NCBI GenBank assembly: GCA_013003425.1
Contig: JABDJB010000094.1
Location: 6,635 to 70,634, forward strand
Source: Gammaproteobacteria bacterium
GTDB lineage: Bacteria; Pseudomonadota; Gammaproteobacteria; Steroidobacterales; JABDKV01
Reading direction: 5' to 3'
Length of the DNA stretch: 64,000 nucleotides
Made by a program: the position numbers and the translations under genes. The notes under the pieces were generated by a model, which saw nothing but the letters and a program-made list of their open reading frames with translations, did no database searches and had not been told where the DNA came from. Positions 20,933-30,945 of this stretch are shown one piece after another (position 1 is the stretch's first letter; each line of letters starts with the position of its first letter).

Positions 20933-21688
20933 TCAGTCGTTGCCGCGGTAAACGATCACCGCGGCCGTCGTATTATCGCTGCCGGGGGTGTTGTTAGCTA
21001 CCGCCTGTTCGACCAGTTCCTGCAGTTTTTCCTGGGCATCGAAGTCACCACCGGTGGCAGCGAATGCCGCCGCGATCTCGCGGTCCTTCAGCCCGCCCCA
21101 GAAGCCGTCAGAACACAGCAGGAGTATGTCACCAGGTTCGAGCTGGCATGGTTCCGATACGGTGACCGGTGGCTTCGGTCTGTCGCCGCCGAGACATTGT
21201 TCGACAAAGCTGCGCATCGGGTGAGTGGCAATCTCTGACTCGTCGATAAGCCCTTCCTGCAGTAACAGCTCCACATGGGTGTGGTCGCGGGTGCGCTCGT
21301 GCACCTTGCCGTCGCGCAAATGATAGGCACGCGTGTCGCCAAGATGAGCCCAGTAGGCAAGGTTGTCCTGGATCAGGCAAAGCGCACAGGTTGCTCGCGG
21401 TTTTGCATCGAGGTGCTCGTCCCGCCCCAGTCCAACCAGTGCCTCGTGCGCGTCGCCGACAGTGCGGGAAAGGAACCGTTCCGGAAAGGGCAGCGGCTGC
21501 TTGCTCTTGCGAAACTTGTCCGACATCGTGGCAATCGCAGTCATCGCGGCTTCTGCGCCGGCCGAATGGCCACCCATGCCGTCGAGCACCATGCCTAAGG
21601 TGCTGTGATCGCCAATCAGTATTTCTACGCGGTCCTGGTTCTCTTCGCGGTTACCGATATGGCTGTATTTTGCGATCTCGATCTGCAA
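20933..21688 (-). CDS. PP2C-family Ser/Thr protein phosphatase
   Basis: [41 protein letters not shown]; probable TTG start 21688 (ORF track extends to 21736). Confidence 0.9.
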   Translation of the reverse strand: MQIEIAKYSHIGNREENQDRVEILIGDHSTLGMVLDGMGGHSAGAEAAMTAIATMSDKFRKSKQPLPFPERFLSRTVGDAHEALVGLGRDEHLDAKPRATCALCLIQDNLAYWAHLGDTRAYHLRDGKVHERTRDHTHVELLLQEGLIDESEIATHPMRSFVEQCLGGDRPKPPVTVSEPCQLEPGDILLLCSDGFWGGLKDREIAAAFAATGGDFDAQEKLQELVEQAVANNTPGSDNTTAAVIVYRGND

Positions 21689-21777
21689 TCGGGCTTCCGA
21701 CCGGTTAGTTGTTGCTTTGTTACCTGCGGCAAACACGTTACATTGTGTTGTGGCAGCAGTAAACGACAGATAAGCCG

Positions 21778-22644
21778 ATGATTCGCAGCATGACAGCCTT
21801 CGCGCGCCGCTCCCGACGCACCGACTGGGGTGAGATCGTGTGGGAGATTCGCACGGTCAATCACAGATATCTGGAGATGGGCTTTCGCCTGCCGGAAGAT
21901 CTGCGCTCGATCGAGCCGGGCTGTCGCAAGGCGATTGCCGCCAGCCTGCGGCGCGGCAAGGTGGACTGCTCATTAAAAGTTTACTTTTCGGATACTGCGG
22001 CAACGGACCTGCAGCTCAACGAGCCGCTGCTGGACAGCGTGATTGCGCGCACAAATGACGTCGCGAGGAAATTGAAGGACAGCCCGCCGATCAGCCCGCT
22101 CAGCCTGATGCGCTGGCCCGGTGTCGTAACCGAGCCGGAACGTGACCTGGGGCCGGTGGAGGAGGCGGCGCTGGCGTTACTGCGTGAGGCGCTGGATTCG
22201 CTGAGCCAGTCGCGGGCAGACGAGGGCGGACGCATCCGCACGATGCTGCTGGAACGTTGTGACGGTATTGCCGGGCAGGTGACACAGGTGCGCGCCCGAC
22301 TGCCGGAGGTGCGGGCACGGATGCGGGACAAGCTGACCACCCGGCTCGGTGAGCTGGCGGTCGAATACGATCGCGATCGTCTCGAGCAGGAGCTGGTCAT
22401 GCTGGCGCAAAAAATGGACGTTGACGAAGAGCTGGATCGTCTCGAGAGTCATATCGTCGAGACGCGCAATGTGCTCGAACGCGATGATGCCGTGGGTCGC
22501 CGGCTTGATTTCCTGATGCAGGAATTCAACCGCGAGGCAAATACGCTCGGGTCCAAGTCGAATGATGCTGAAACAACGCGGGCGGCTGTAGATATAAAGG
22601 TGTTGGTCGAGCAGATGCGCGAACAGGTGCAGAATATCGAGTGA
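21778..22644 (+). CDS. yicC: YicC/YloC family endoribonuclease
   Basis: MIRSMTAF, WEIRTVNHRYL, EELDRL, GRRLDFLMQEFNREANTLGSK, EQMREQVQNIE. Confidence 0.95.
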   Translation: MIRSMTAFARRSRRTDWGEIVWEIRTVNHRYLEMGFRLPEDLRSIEPGCRKAIAASLRRGKVDCSLKVYFSDTAATDLQLNEPLLDSVIARTNDVARKLKDSPPISPLSLMRWPGVVTEPERDLGPVEEAALALLREALDSLSQSRADEGGRIRTMLLERCDGIAGQVTQVRARLPEVRARMRDKLTTRLGELAVEYDRDRLEQELVMLAQKMDVDEELDRLESHIVETRNVLERDDAVGRRLDFLMQEFNREANTLGSKSNDAETTRAAVDIKVLVEQMREQVQNIE

Positions 22645-23297
22645 TGCTGGGTTGGCTGAGAAAACTGTTCGGTGGCAACAGCGGCCGGGACGGCAGGCTG
22701 TGGATTATTTCGGCGCCCTCCGGTGCCGGCAAGACGTCGCTCGTGCGCGAGCTGTGTCGGCGCCAGCCGGATCTGGAGATGTCGGTGTCTTACACCACGC
22801 GGCAGCGGCGGCCGAATGAAAAAGACGGTCACGATTATCATTTTGTCGATCGGCAGGCGTTTGACAGGATGGTCGCGGATGGTGCGTTCCTCGAGCACGC
22901 CGAGGTATTCGGCAACTTCTATGCAACCGGTCGGGCCGATGTGCAGGCGATTCTCGGGCAGGGGCGCAACGTGATCCTGGAGATCGACTGGCAGGGCGCG
23001 CGCCAGGCACGTGCCGCCATGCCCGGGGCCGGGTCGATATTTATCCTGCCGCCGTCGTTTGCCGAGCTGGAGCGTCGCCTGCGCGGGCGCGGCTCGGACA
23101 GCGAGGAGGTGATCCAGCGACGGCTGGCCGAGGCCCGCGACGACATGTCTCACTGGCATGAGTTTTCGTATGTCGTTATCAATGACGACTTTTCTGCGGC
23201 GGCCGATGCCCTGGAGGCGATCCTGGCCCGCCGCGGCGAGGCCTGCCGCACCACGGATCCGGGCCTGCGGGAAAAGGTGACCGGGCTTCTGGCCTGA
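22641..23297 (+). CDS. gmk: Guanylate kinase
   Basis: ISAPSGAGKTSL, SVSYTTR, DGHDYHFV, ILEIDWQGARQ, FILPPS. Confidence 0.97.
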   Translation: MMLGWLRKLFGGNSGRDGRLWIISAPSGAGKTSLVRELCRRQPDLEMSVSYTTRQRRPNEKDGHDYHFVDRQAFDRMVADGAFLEHAEVFGNFYATGRADVQAILGQGRNVILEIDWQGARQARAAMPGAGSIFILPPSFAELERRLRGRGSDSEEVIQRRLAEARDDMSHWHEFSYVVINDDFSAAADALEAILARRGEACRTTDPGLREKVTGLLA

Positions 23298-23363
23298 GGG
23301 CCCGATTTTGATAGACTGAGCGCTCGCCCGCGCAAAGCGGATCACGGTTGGACAGGTAACACA

Positions 23364-23690
23364 ATGGCACGCATTACAGTTGAGGATTGCCTCAAGCGCA
23401 TCCCGAATCTCTTCGATCTGGTGCTGACTGCGGCGAAGCGCTCGCGGCGGCTGGCAAACGGCGCCGAAGCCATGGTCGAGTGGGAGAACGACAAGCCCAC
23501 GGTAGTCTCCCTGCGCGAGATCGCCGAGGGTCATGTCAACAGCGACATCCTCGAGGAAAGCGACCAACAACAGCTGCTCGAATCGGTGTTCGAGGACGAA
23601 CCGAAAGAAAAAGCAGAAGGCAGCGAGGAGCAACCGCAGGCACCGGCCGAGACCCAGATCATCCCGCCCACAGCGACGCCGCTCGACTAG
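23364..23690 (+). CDS. rpoZ: RNA polymerase omega subunit
   Basis: [37 protein letters not shown]. Confidence 0.96.
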   Translation: MARITVEDCLKRIPNLFDLVLTAAKRSRRLANGAEAMVEWENDKPTVVSLREIAEGHVNSDILEESDQQQLLESVFEDEPKEKAEGSEEQPQAPAETQIIPPTATPLD

Positions 23691-23732
23691 CCCGGCAGTG
23701 ATCGCGCCCGGGCGACACAAGCAGCCACGAGC

Positions 23733-25886
23733 ATGTCGACCGCGGCATCGATCCTGAGTCGCCTGCCGCGCGGTAAGCAATTTGCCGATATAAAGGAATT
23801 GCTTGCGCGGCTGCAGGAGTACCTGCCCGAAGAGCAAATCAACACCGTTTACGACGCTTACAGCTTCGGCGCCGAGGCGCACGAAGGACAAAAGCGCCTG
23901 TCCGGTGAACCGTATATCACCCATCCTGTTGCTGTCGCCGGCATCCTCGCCGAGCTGCGCATGGACTACCAGAGCCTGTGCGCTGCGTTGTTACACGACG
24001 TAATCGAAGATACCGGCACTGACAAGCAGGTAATTGCCGAGCGTTTCGGCGATGACGTGGCCGAGATTGTTGACGCCGTCAGCAAGCTGGACCAGCTAAG
24101 GTTCAAGAGCAAGGCCGAGGCGCAGGCTGAAAGTTTTCGCAAGATGCTGCTGGCAGTTGCCAAAGACATTCGCGTGATCCTGGTAAAACTGGCAGACCGG
24201 CTGCACAACATGCGCACCCTGGACGTTCTGCCGCAGGAGAAGCGCGGACGTATTGCGCGAGAAACGCTGGAAATCTACGCGCCGATAGCAAATCGCCTGG
24301 GCATTCATTCCATCCGCGTGGAGCTGGAGGACCTGTCGTTCCGCAACCTTTATCCCAATCGCTACGAGGTGCTGGAGCGGCATATCAAGAAAAACGCCGG
24401 CAGCCGGCGGGTGCTGAAACGGATCATCGATACCGTCGACGCAGCCCTGGATGACGCCGGTATCAGCGGCCGGGTCAGTGGCCGGGAAAAGCACGTCTAC
24501 AGCATCTACCAGAAAATGCAGCGCAAGGGCCGGTCACTGGCAGAGATAGGGGACGTCTATGGCTTTCGCATCATCGTCGACGACGTGGATACCTGCTACC
24601 GGTCGCTCGGTGTGGTGCACCGGTTGTACAAACCGATGCCGGGTCGATTCAAGGATTATATTGCGATACCACGCATGAACGGCTACCAGTCGTTGCACAC
24701 GACGCTGTTCGGACCGAAGGGCGTACCGATAGAAGTGCAGATCCGCACCGAGGACATGGACAAGCTGGCCGAAAGCGGTATTGCTGCCCACTGGTTTTAC
24801 AAGACCGGCGAGAAACCCAGTTCCAGTGCCCATGCACGGGCGCGCGAATGGCTCGACCGCATGGTGGAGATGCAGGAAAGTGGCAGCTCCGAGGAATTTC
24901 TCGAGAGCGTGCGTATCGACCTTTTCCCCGAAAAGGTCTACGTGTTTACGCCCAATGGAGATATTCGCCGGCTGCCCCGTGGAGCAACCGTGATTGACTT
25001 CGCCTACGCCGTCCACACGGATGTTGGCAATCGCTGCGTCGGCGCAAAGATCGACCGCCGGCCGGTACCGCTGCACACCACACTGCGCAACGGGCAAACG
25101 GTGGAAATCATCAAGTCGCGTACGGCCCGGCCAAATCCGGCCTGGGTCAACTTTGTCGTCACCGCGAAGGCGCGTTCGGCGATCCGTTCTTATCTGAAGA
25201 GCCTGCGTCACAGCGAGGCGGTGCGCCTCGGCAAGCGCCTGCTGAGCAAATCGCTGGCGGACTTGTCATTGACCATTCGCAAGGTGAGTCGTAACAAGCT
25301 GAAGGCAACGCTGGACGAGCTGAAACTTGAGAGCACTGATGCCCTGTATGCCGAAATTGGCCTTGGTCGCCAGCTGGCGCCGCTGATCGCGCGCCGGCTG
25401 ATGCCAGACAGCATCGCCGATGAATCACAGGACAGCAAAGCGGCGCCGGTAGCGATTGCCGGCGCCGAAGGCATGCTGGTGACCTATGCGCGTTGCTGTT
25501 ATCCGGTGCCGCCGGACAACATCATGGGTTACCTGAGCGCCGGGCGGGGTCTGGTGGTGCATCGCGAGACCTGCGGCAACCTGGTCGATTATCGCAAGCA
25601 GCCTGACAAATGGATTGCTGTGGAATGGGAGCCGGATCTCGATCGCGAATTCCCGGTCGAGATTCGTGTCGATGTAATAAATCGCATGGGCGTGCTCGCC
25701 GCTGTGTCGGCCAACATCGCCGGCAACCGGTCAAATATCGAAAACGTCCAGGTGGTCGAGCGCGACGGCGACAATTCCACGCTGACGTTCATGCTTCAGG
25801 TTACCGACGGCGAGCATCTCGGGCAGGTGCTGGCCGGTATCAAGGGCATGCCAGAGGTGCTGCGAGTGCAGCGCATCTGCGCGTAA
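23733..25886 (+). CDS. spoT: Bifunctional (p)ppGpp synthetase/hydrolase
   Basis: [23 protein letters not shown] (HD), [31 protein letters not shown] and ACT domains; gmk-rpoZ-spoT synteny. Confidence 0.96.
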   Translation: MSTAASILSRLPRGKQFADIKELLARLQEYLPEEQINTVYDAYSFGAEAHEGQKRLSGEPYITHPVAVAGILAELRMDYQSLCAALLHDVIEDTGTDKQVIAERFGDDVAEIVDAVSKLDQLRFKSKAEAQAESFRKMLLAVAKDIRVILVKLADRLHNMRTLDVLPQEKRGRIARETLEIYAPIANRLGIHSIRVELEDLSFRNLYPNRYEVLERHIKKNAGSRRVLKRIIDTVDAALDDAGISGRVSGREKHVYSIYQKMQRKGRSLAEIGDVYGFRIIVDDVDTCYRSLGVVHRLYKPMPGRFKDYIAIPRMNGYQSLHTTLFGPKGVPIEVQIRTEDMDKLAESGIAAHWFYKTGEKPSSSAHARAREWLDRMVEMQESGSSEEFLESVRIDLFPEKVYVFTPNGDIRRLPRGATVIDFAYAVHTDVGNRCVGAKIDRRPVPLHTTLRNGQTVEIIKSRTARPNPAWVNFVVTAKARSAIRSYLKSLRHSEAVRLGKRLLSKSLADLSLTIRKVSRNKLKATLDELKLESTDALYAEIGLGRQLAPLIARRLMPDSIADESQDSKAAPVAIAGAEGMLVTYARCCYPVPPDNIMGYLSAGRGLVVHRETCGNLVDYRKQPDKWIAVEWEPDLDREFPVEIRVDVINRMGVLAAVSANIAGNRSNIENVQVVERDGDNSTLTFMLQVTDGEHLGQVLAGIKGMPEVLRVQRICA

Positions 25887-25900
25887 CAAAAGGGGGAGCC

Positions 25901-26284
25901 ATGCCGCGATTACCAATCCAGACAGATGCTGCACCAGCAGCCATTGGAACCTATTCCCAGGCCGCGCGACACGGCGGCACCGTGTACCTTTCCGGGCAGA
26001 TTCCGTTGTCACCGGAAAGCGGCGAGCTGGTCGGCGGTGATATTGCCGCCCAGATCACCCAGGTATTTGGCAACCTGGCGGCGGTGGCGCAGGCAGCCGG
26101 TGGCAGCCTGGCGGATGTGGTCAAGCTGAATGTTTACCTGACCGACCTGGGTAATTTCCCCGTTGTGAGCGAAGTAATGCCGGATTTTTTTGCCGAGCCC
26201 TACCCGGCCCGTGCCGTGGTCGGTGTAGCAGCATTGCCAAAAGGCGCCACCGTCGAAGTCGACGCGGTGCTCGAACTCGACTGA
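25901..26284 (+). CDS. RidA/YjgF family reactive intermediate deaminase
   Basis: [55 protein letters not shown]; ATG 25901 with SD GGAG. Confidence 0.93.
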   Translation: MPRLPIQTDAAPAAIGTYSQAARHGGTVYLSGQIPLSPESGELVGGDIAAQITQVFGNLAAVAQAAGGSLADVVKLNVYLTDLGNFPVVSEVMPDFFAEPYPARAVVGVAALPKGATVEVDAVLELD

Positions 26285-26297
26285 AACCGGCTGGCCG

Positions 26298-28394
26298 GTG
26301 AGCGCCCCGCAGCAAACCCGCCGCAGCATGCTGCGCCCGACAACGGAGCTGTCGGGCGTTGGTCCTGCACTGGCGCAACACCTGGAGCGCATCGGTGTCA
26401 CGCAGGTGGCCGACCTGCTTTTCCATTTGCCGGTGCGTTACGAAGATCGCACCCAGGTTCGTCCTATCGGTGGCCTGCAGGCCGGCGACAAGGCGGTGTT
26501 CGAGGGCGAAATACAGACCGCTGCCGTAGTTTATCGTGGCCGCCGCATGCTCATTGCTTCGCTTGCCGACGGCACCGGGCAGATCACGTTGCGCTTCTTT
26601 CATTTTTCACGCTTCCAGCAAAAAGCGCTCGAACGTGGTGCAAGGCTGCGCTGTTTTGGCGAAGTGCGTCGCGGCCGCGGCGGGCTCGAAATTGCGCATC
26701 CCGAGTATCGGGTTTTGCGCGAGGGAGACACCGACAGCGCCGAAGATCACCTGACACCGGTTTACCCGACGACCGAGGGGCTGCAGCAGGGGCGCTTGCG
26801 CATGCTGACAGGTCGCGCGCTCGAGGAACTGGTCGCGGCCGAATCACCCGAGTTGTTGCCCGACGCGCTGACCGCCGGCATGGACTTTCCGTCTTTGCGC
26901 GATGCGTTGTTGTTCGTGCACCGGCCACCCCCGGGTACCGATACAGGGCAACTCATGTCGTGTCGTCATCCGGCGCAGCAGCGGCTGGCTTTCGAGGAGC
27001 TTCTGGCGCATCACCTCAGTCTGCGCCGGCTGCGGGAAAATGTGCGCGTCGAACAGTCATTGTCGCTGCCGGCAGACGGCCCCCTGCAGCGCCGTTTTAT
27101 AGCTGCGCTTCCGTTTACCCTGACGGGTGCGCAGCAGCGTGCGCTGGGCGAGATCGGCGACGACCTTGCTTGCGACAATCCCATGATGCGGCTGCTGCAG
27201 GGTGACGTCGGTTCCGGCAAAACCGTTGTTGCAGCCGGGGCCGCCCTTTGTGCTGCCGATGCCGGGCACCAGGTGGCAATCATGGCACCGACCGAGCTGC
27301 TGGCCGAGCAGCACCTGGCAACTTTCCGCGACTGGTTCGAACCGCTGGGTATCGACGTGGTGTGGCTGAGTGGCCGATTGAAAGTGGCGCAGCGGCGCGC
27401 GGCGCTGACATCGATTGCCGCCGGTGCTCCGGTCGTCATCGGTACTCATGCCCTGTTCCAGGAAGGCGTCGAGTTTGGCAGCCTGGCGCTGGTGGTTATC
27501 GATGAGCAGCATCGCTTCGGCGTGCACCAGCGCCTGGCCCTGCGCGAGAAGGGCGCACAGGGCAGCCACGTTCCGCATCAGCTGGTGATGACGGCGACAC
27601 CAATACCGCGCACCCTGGCGATGACTGCCTATGCCGACCTGGATACTTCGGTAATTGACGAGAAACCCCCGGGCCGCAAACCGGTCGAGACCGTCGCTTT
27701 ACCGGACAACCGCCGTGCCGATGTGGTGCAGCGGGTGGCAACCGCCCTGCGCGACAAGCGCCAGGTGTACTGGGTGTGCCCGCTGATCGAGGAATCAGAT
27801 CAACTCGAAGCCGAGGCCGCCGAGAACACCGCCAGCGCCCTGGCGGAGGCGTTACCTGACTATCACGTTGCGCTCGTGCATGGGCGCGTAAAACCGGAAC
27901 AACGTGACCGTGTGATGCAGGCGTTCAAGGACGGCAAGGTCGACCTGCTGGTTGCCACCACCGTGATCGAGGTCGGCGTGGATGTGCCGAATGCCAGCCT
28001 GATGATTATCGAAAACGCCGAGCGCATGGGTCTGGCACAGCTGCACCAGTTACGCGGCCGCGTGGGGCGTGGATCCGATGCCAGCAGCTGTGTGCTGCTG
28101 TACAAGCCGCCGCTTTCCAGGATGGCAAAAGAGCGTCTGGGTGTATTGCGCCGCACGGATGACGGATTCGAGGTGGCCAGCAAGGACCTCGAATTGCGCG
28201 GCGCCGGTGAGTTGCTTGGTACGCGACAGACCGGCCTGATCCAGATGAAAGTTGCCGACCTGGTACGTGACGCTCACCTGATCGGGCAGGTGCAGCGCAG
28301 CGCCTCGCAATTGCTGGCCGAACAGCCGGATGTCGTTGCGCGGCTGATCCGACGGTGGATCGGTGAAGCCGGCGCGCGTTACGGCAAGGTTTAA
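26298..28394 (+). CDS. recG: ATP-dependent DNA helicase RecG
   Basis: HLPVRYEDRT, LLQGDVGSGKT, DEQHRFGV, MTATPIPRTL, QLHQLRGRVGRG, DLELRGAGE. Confidence 0.97.
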   Translation: MSAPQQTRRSMLRPTTELSGVGPALAQHLERIGVTQVADLLFHLPVRYEDRTQVRPIGGLQAGDKAVFEGEIQTAAVVYRGRRMLIASLADGTGQITLRFFHFSRFQQKALERGARLRCFGEVRRGRGGLEIAHPEYRVLREGDTDSAEDHLTPVYPTTEGLQQGRLRMLTGRALEELVAAESPELLPDALTAGMDFPSLRDALLFVHRPPPGTDTGQLMSCRHPAQQRLAFEELLAHHLSLRRLRENVRVEQSLSLPADGPLQRRFIAALPFTLTGAQQRALGEIGDDLACDNPMMRLLQGDVGSGKTVVAAGAALCAADAGHQVAIMAPTELLAEQHLATFRDWFEPLGIDVVWLSGRLKVAQRRAALTSIAAGAPVVIGTHALFQEGVEFGSLALVVIDEQHRFGVHQRLALREKGAQGSHVPHQLVMTATPIPRTLAMTAYADLDTSVIDEKPPGRKPVETVALPDNRRADVVQRVATALRDKRQVYWVCPLIEESDQLEAEAAENTASALAEALPDYHVALVHGRVKPEQRDRVMQAFKDGKVDLLVATTVIEVGVDVPNASLMIIENAERMGLAQLHQLRGRVGRGSDASSCVLLYKPPLSRMAKERLGVLRRTDDGFEVASKDLELRGAGELLGTRQTGLIQMKVADLVRDAHLIGQVQRSASQLLAEQPDVVARLIRRWIGEAGARYGKV

Positions 28395-28401
28395 CTATCG
28401 C

Positions 28402-28582
28402 GTGGGACCGGCATCCCGGTGGGACCGACATCCCGGTGGGAGCGGCATCCCGGTGGGAGCGGCATCTTGCCGCGATTACTTGCGACGATATCTCATGGGA
28501 CCGACATCCCGGTGGGACCGACATCCCGGTGGGACCGACATCCCGGTGGGAGCGGCATCTTGCCGCGATTACTTGCGATGAT
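28402..28582 (+). repeat. Higher-order tandem repeat of GTGGGA-type REP units
   Basis: Two ~93-bp blocks, each made of three 17-mers (GTGGGA[C/G]CG[A/G]CATCCCG) plus one full GTGGGAGCGGCATCTTGCCGCGATTACTTGCGA unit. Confidence 0.9.
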
Positions 28583-28632
28583 CCATCGTTGTGGCCAGGC
28601 GCGCGGCTTCGGGTGGGTGGCAGGCTAAAGGT

Positions 28633-28670
28633 GTCGAACCGGCCGGTCCGGTTCGACGATTTTTGGTTTT
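28633..28670 (+). terminator. Hairpin with T-rich tail after the recG operon (also a member of a dispersed repeat)
   Basis: GTCGAACCGG/CCGGTTCGAC 10-bp stem, then GATTTTTGGTTTT. Confidence 0.5.
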
Positions 28671-28741
28671 TGCAGGGGTCGAAACCGGCGAAACTTCGGG
28701 TAAAACCGGGCCGTTCCCGTGCGCCAGGCTTAGCAGCTACA

Positions 28742-29314
28742 ATGAGCGATCAAGCAGTGGGTCCGTCAGTGACATTGAGCAGACAACAACACGAACAAGG
28801 CGACGCAGTCGAATGGTTTGCCATTGCCGACGCCGCCAACCTGTCGATCGATGCGCGCGTGCACGAACTGCTGGGCATCACCGGCTCGCTGACCCGGCGC
28901 CTGCGCGAGCTGTGTGGCGAGGCCTTCCGGCTGCAACTTCTGGGTGAGCGCCAGCGGCAGCAGTCACGCGCACTGGTCCGTGAAGTAATAATGTTTTGCG
29001 GTGAGCGGCCCTGGGTTTTTGCCCAGACGGTAATTCCACAGACGACACTGCAGGCTAATCCGTGGCTGAGCGAACTCGGCAACCGGCCGCTGGGCGATAC
29101 GTTGTTTCATCGTGACAACGTAAAACGCGGCGGTCTTTACCTGGCCGAACTGAAGCCGGGTGATCGCCTGTATGAACGAGCCGTCCGCGATACCGGGCTC
29201 GGCCAACGTCCGGCATCGTTGCTGGCACGGCAATCGCTGATTCATCTGGACGTCAGCGAACTTTCGATCAACGAAGTTTTTTTTCCGGCCGCCGGTCGCA
29301 TAGCGGCTGCCTGA
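28742..29314 (+). CDS. ubiC: Chorismate pyruvate-lyase
   Basis: GSLTRRL, LVREVIMFCGERPWVFAQTVIP, LGNRPLG..LF, ARQS, EVFFP; ATG 28742, upstream of ubiA. Confidence 0.88.
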   Translation: MSDQAVGPSVTLSRQQHEQGDAVEWFAIADAANLSIDARVHELLGITGSLTRRLRELCGEAFRLQLLGERQRQQSRALVREVIMFCGERPWVFAQTVIPQTTLQANPWLSELGNRPLGDTLFHRDNVKRGGLYLAELKPGDRLYERAVRDTGLGQRPASLLARQSLIHLDVSELSINEVFFPAAGRIAAA

Positions 29315-29324
29315 ATCGCGCACC

Positions 29325-30185
29325 GTGCCGGAGCGTCTGCGCCAGTATGCCCTGCTGATCCGCCTCGATCGCCCTATCGGTACGTATCTGGTGATGTGGC
29401 CAATGCTGTGGGCGCTGTGGATTGCCGCCGCCGGCAAGCCTGATCCTTACCTGCTGGTCGTATTTGTCGCTGGTTCTTTTCTGATGCGTTCCGCCGGCTG
29501 CGCCATCAACGATTTTGCCGATCGTAATTTCGATCCTCATGTACAGCGCACCCGTGAGCGGCCGCTGGCAGCGGGACGCCTCGCGCCAGCCGAGGCGCTG
29601 GCGGTATTTGCGATTCTCGCTCTGATCGCTTTCGGCCTGGTTCTTACAACTAATGCGTTGACCATCAGGCTCGCAATCGCCGGAGTGCTGCTCGCTGCAA
29701 CCTATCCGTTTCTGAAGCGGTGGACCAACCTGCCGCAGTACTACCTGGGAATTGCTTTCGCCTGGGGTACGCCGATGGCCTTTGCGGCACAGACCGGTGA
29801 GGTGCCGCCAATCGCCTGGTTGTTGTTCGGCTGCGTGGTGTTGTGGACCGCCGCATTCGACACCATCTACGCAATGGTCGATCGTGCCGACGACATCAGG
29901 ATCGGCGTCAAGTCCACCGCCGTGCTTTTTGGCAGTGCCGACCGGGTCATCATCGCCATCATGCAGCTGCTGATGCTTGTCGGACTGTGGCTGGTCGGAC
30001 GGTGGGCCGGCCTTGACGGCTGGTATTTTGCCGGGCTGGTCGCCGCGACACTGTCACTGCTTTATCAGCAGTTCCTGATCGCAGGGCGTGACGGCGGGCG
30101 CTGTTTTCGTGCCTTTCTGAACAACAACATGACCGGCGCGCTGGTCTTTGCCGGCATCGCGCTGGATTACCTCTACCAGACATAG
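29325..30185 (+). CDS. ubiA: 4-hydroxybenzoate polyprenyltransferase
   Basis: LIRLDRPIGTYL, GCAINDFADR.FD.HV.RT.ERPL, DTIYAMVDRADD..IGVKSTA. Confidence 0.96.
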   Translation: MPERLRQYALLIRLDRPIGTYLVMWPMLWALWIAAAGKPDPYLLVVFVAGSFLMRSAGCAINDFADRNFDPHVQRTRERPLAAGRLAPAEALAVFAILALIAFGLVLTTNALTIRLAIAGVLLAATYPFLKRWTNLPQYYLGIAFAWGTPMAFAAQTGEVPPIAWLLFGCVVLWTAAFDTIYAMVDRADDIRIGVKSTAVLFGSADRVIIAIMQLLMLVGLWLVGRWAGLDGWYFAGLVAATLSLLYQQFLIAGRDGGRCFRAFLNNNMTGALVFAGIALDYLYQT

Positions 30186-30337
30186 AGCAGTTAACAATCA
30201 TTGAGCGGGCCCGGCAGGGTTCGGTTTTGCTCCAATACCTCTTATACTTGCCGCCCACTCGGTCGCCTGGCACCCAGCCGGAGCAACCGCTACAAAGACC
30301 AAGGGGGTCCGGCAGGCCCTCGCAGAAGGGGTAAACC

Positions 30338-30859
30338 ATGGATTTATTTGGATTTGTCAAAGATGTCGGCCGTCGCGTCTTCAATAAAGATGAGGACGCT
30401 GCCGAAAAAATTCAGGAGCTGATCGAGGCCAACAACCCGGGTGTGAAAAACCTCGGTGTCGAATTCGACGGCGGTATTGTTTCGCTGCGTGGCCACTGCG
30501 AAAGCGGTGATGCGCACCAGAAAGTGGTACTGATGGCAGGCAACGTGCAGGGTGTCGTGGATGTCGATGCCAGCAACCTGACCTACGACAAGACGCGTCC
30601 GGCCGAAGAGTCGGTGGCCAAGGCTGCGGAGCGTGCAAAGGAAGGCGCGGCAGCAGTGCTGGGCGGCAACAAGGAACAAGTCGGGGAACCGAAAGTAGAG
30701 TTCTATGTCATCCAGTCCGGCGATACGCTGTCGAAGCTGGCCAAGAAGTACTACGGCGATGCCATGCAGTACCCGAAAATCTTCGAGGCCAATCGCGAAA
30801 TAATCGAAGATCCCGACAAGATTTATGTCGGGCAAAAAATTCGCATTCCTCTGGACTGA
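30338..30859 (+). CDS. BON-LysM protein, Kbp/YgaU-like (K+-binding / peptidoglycan-binding)
   Basis: MDLFGFVKDVG, BON domain ending LMAGNVQGV, LysM YVIQSGDTLSKLAKKYYG...YPKIFEANR...PDKIYVGQKIRIP. Confidence 0.88.
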   Translation: MDLFGFVKDVGRRVFNKDEDAAEKIQELIEANNPGVKNLGVEFDGGIVSLRGHCESGDAHQKVVLMAGNVQGVVDVDASNLTYDKTRPAEESVAKAAERAKEGAAAVLGGNKEQVGEPKVEFYVIQSGDTLSKLAKKYYGDAMQYPKIFEANREIIEDPDKIYVGQKIRIPLD

Positions 30860-30917
30860 TTTCGCGGATTGATTAGCGGCCTGCCCGGGAAGCCGCTACT
30901 GCAGTCGTTCACACGTG

Positions 30918-30945
30918 ACGGGGCCGCAAGGCCCCGTTTTATTTT
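30918..30945 (+). terminator. Intrinsic terminator of the BON-LysM gene
   Basis: ACGGGGCC-GCAA-GGCCCCGT perfect stem followed by TTTATTTT. Confidence 0.75.

Noticed and set aside
22449-23924. 491-aa minus-strand ORF
   Set aside because: Antisense to gmk-rpoZ-spoT; no motifs.
28402-28582. Possible CRISPR array
   Set aside because: Units are head-to-tail 17-mers with no unique spacers and no cas genes in the window; the sequence matches REP heads.
28436-28741. N-terminal repeat extension of UbiC (WDRHPGGT repeats in the 292-aa ORF)
   Set aside because: Arises from reading through the REP array; UbiC homology begins near ATG 28742 and a terminator-like hairpin lies in between.
30210-30337. 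Possible ion-sensing riboswitch before the Kbp-like gene (TTGCTCC/GGAGCAA pairing)
   Set aside because: A TATACT -10 near 30243 implies the 5' arm is not transcribed, and I see no match to riboswitch cores I know.
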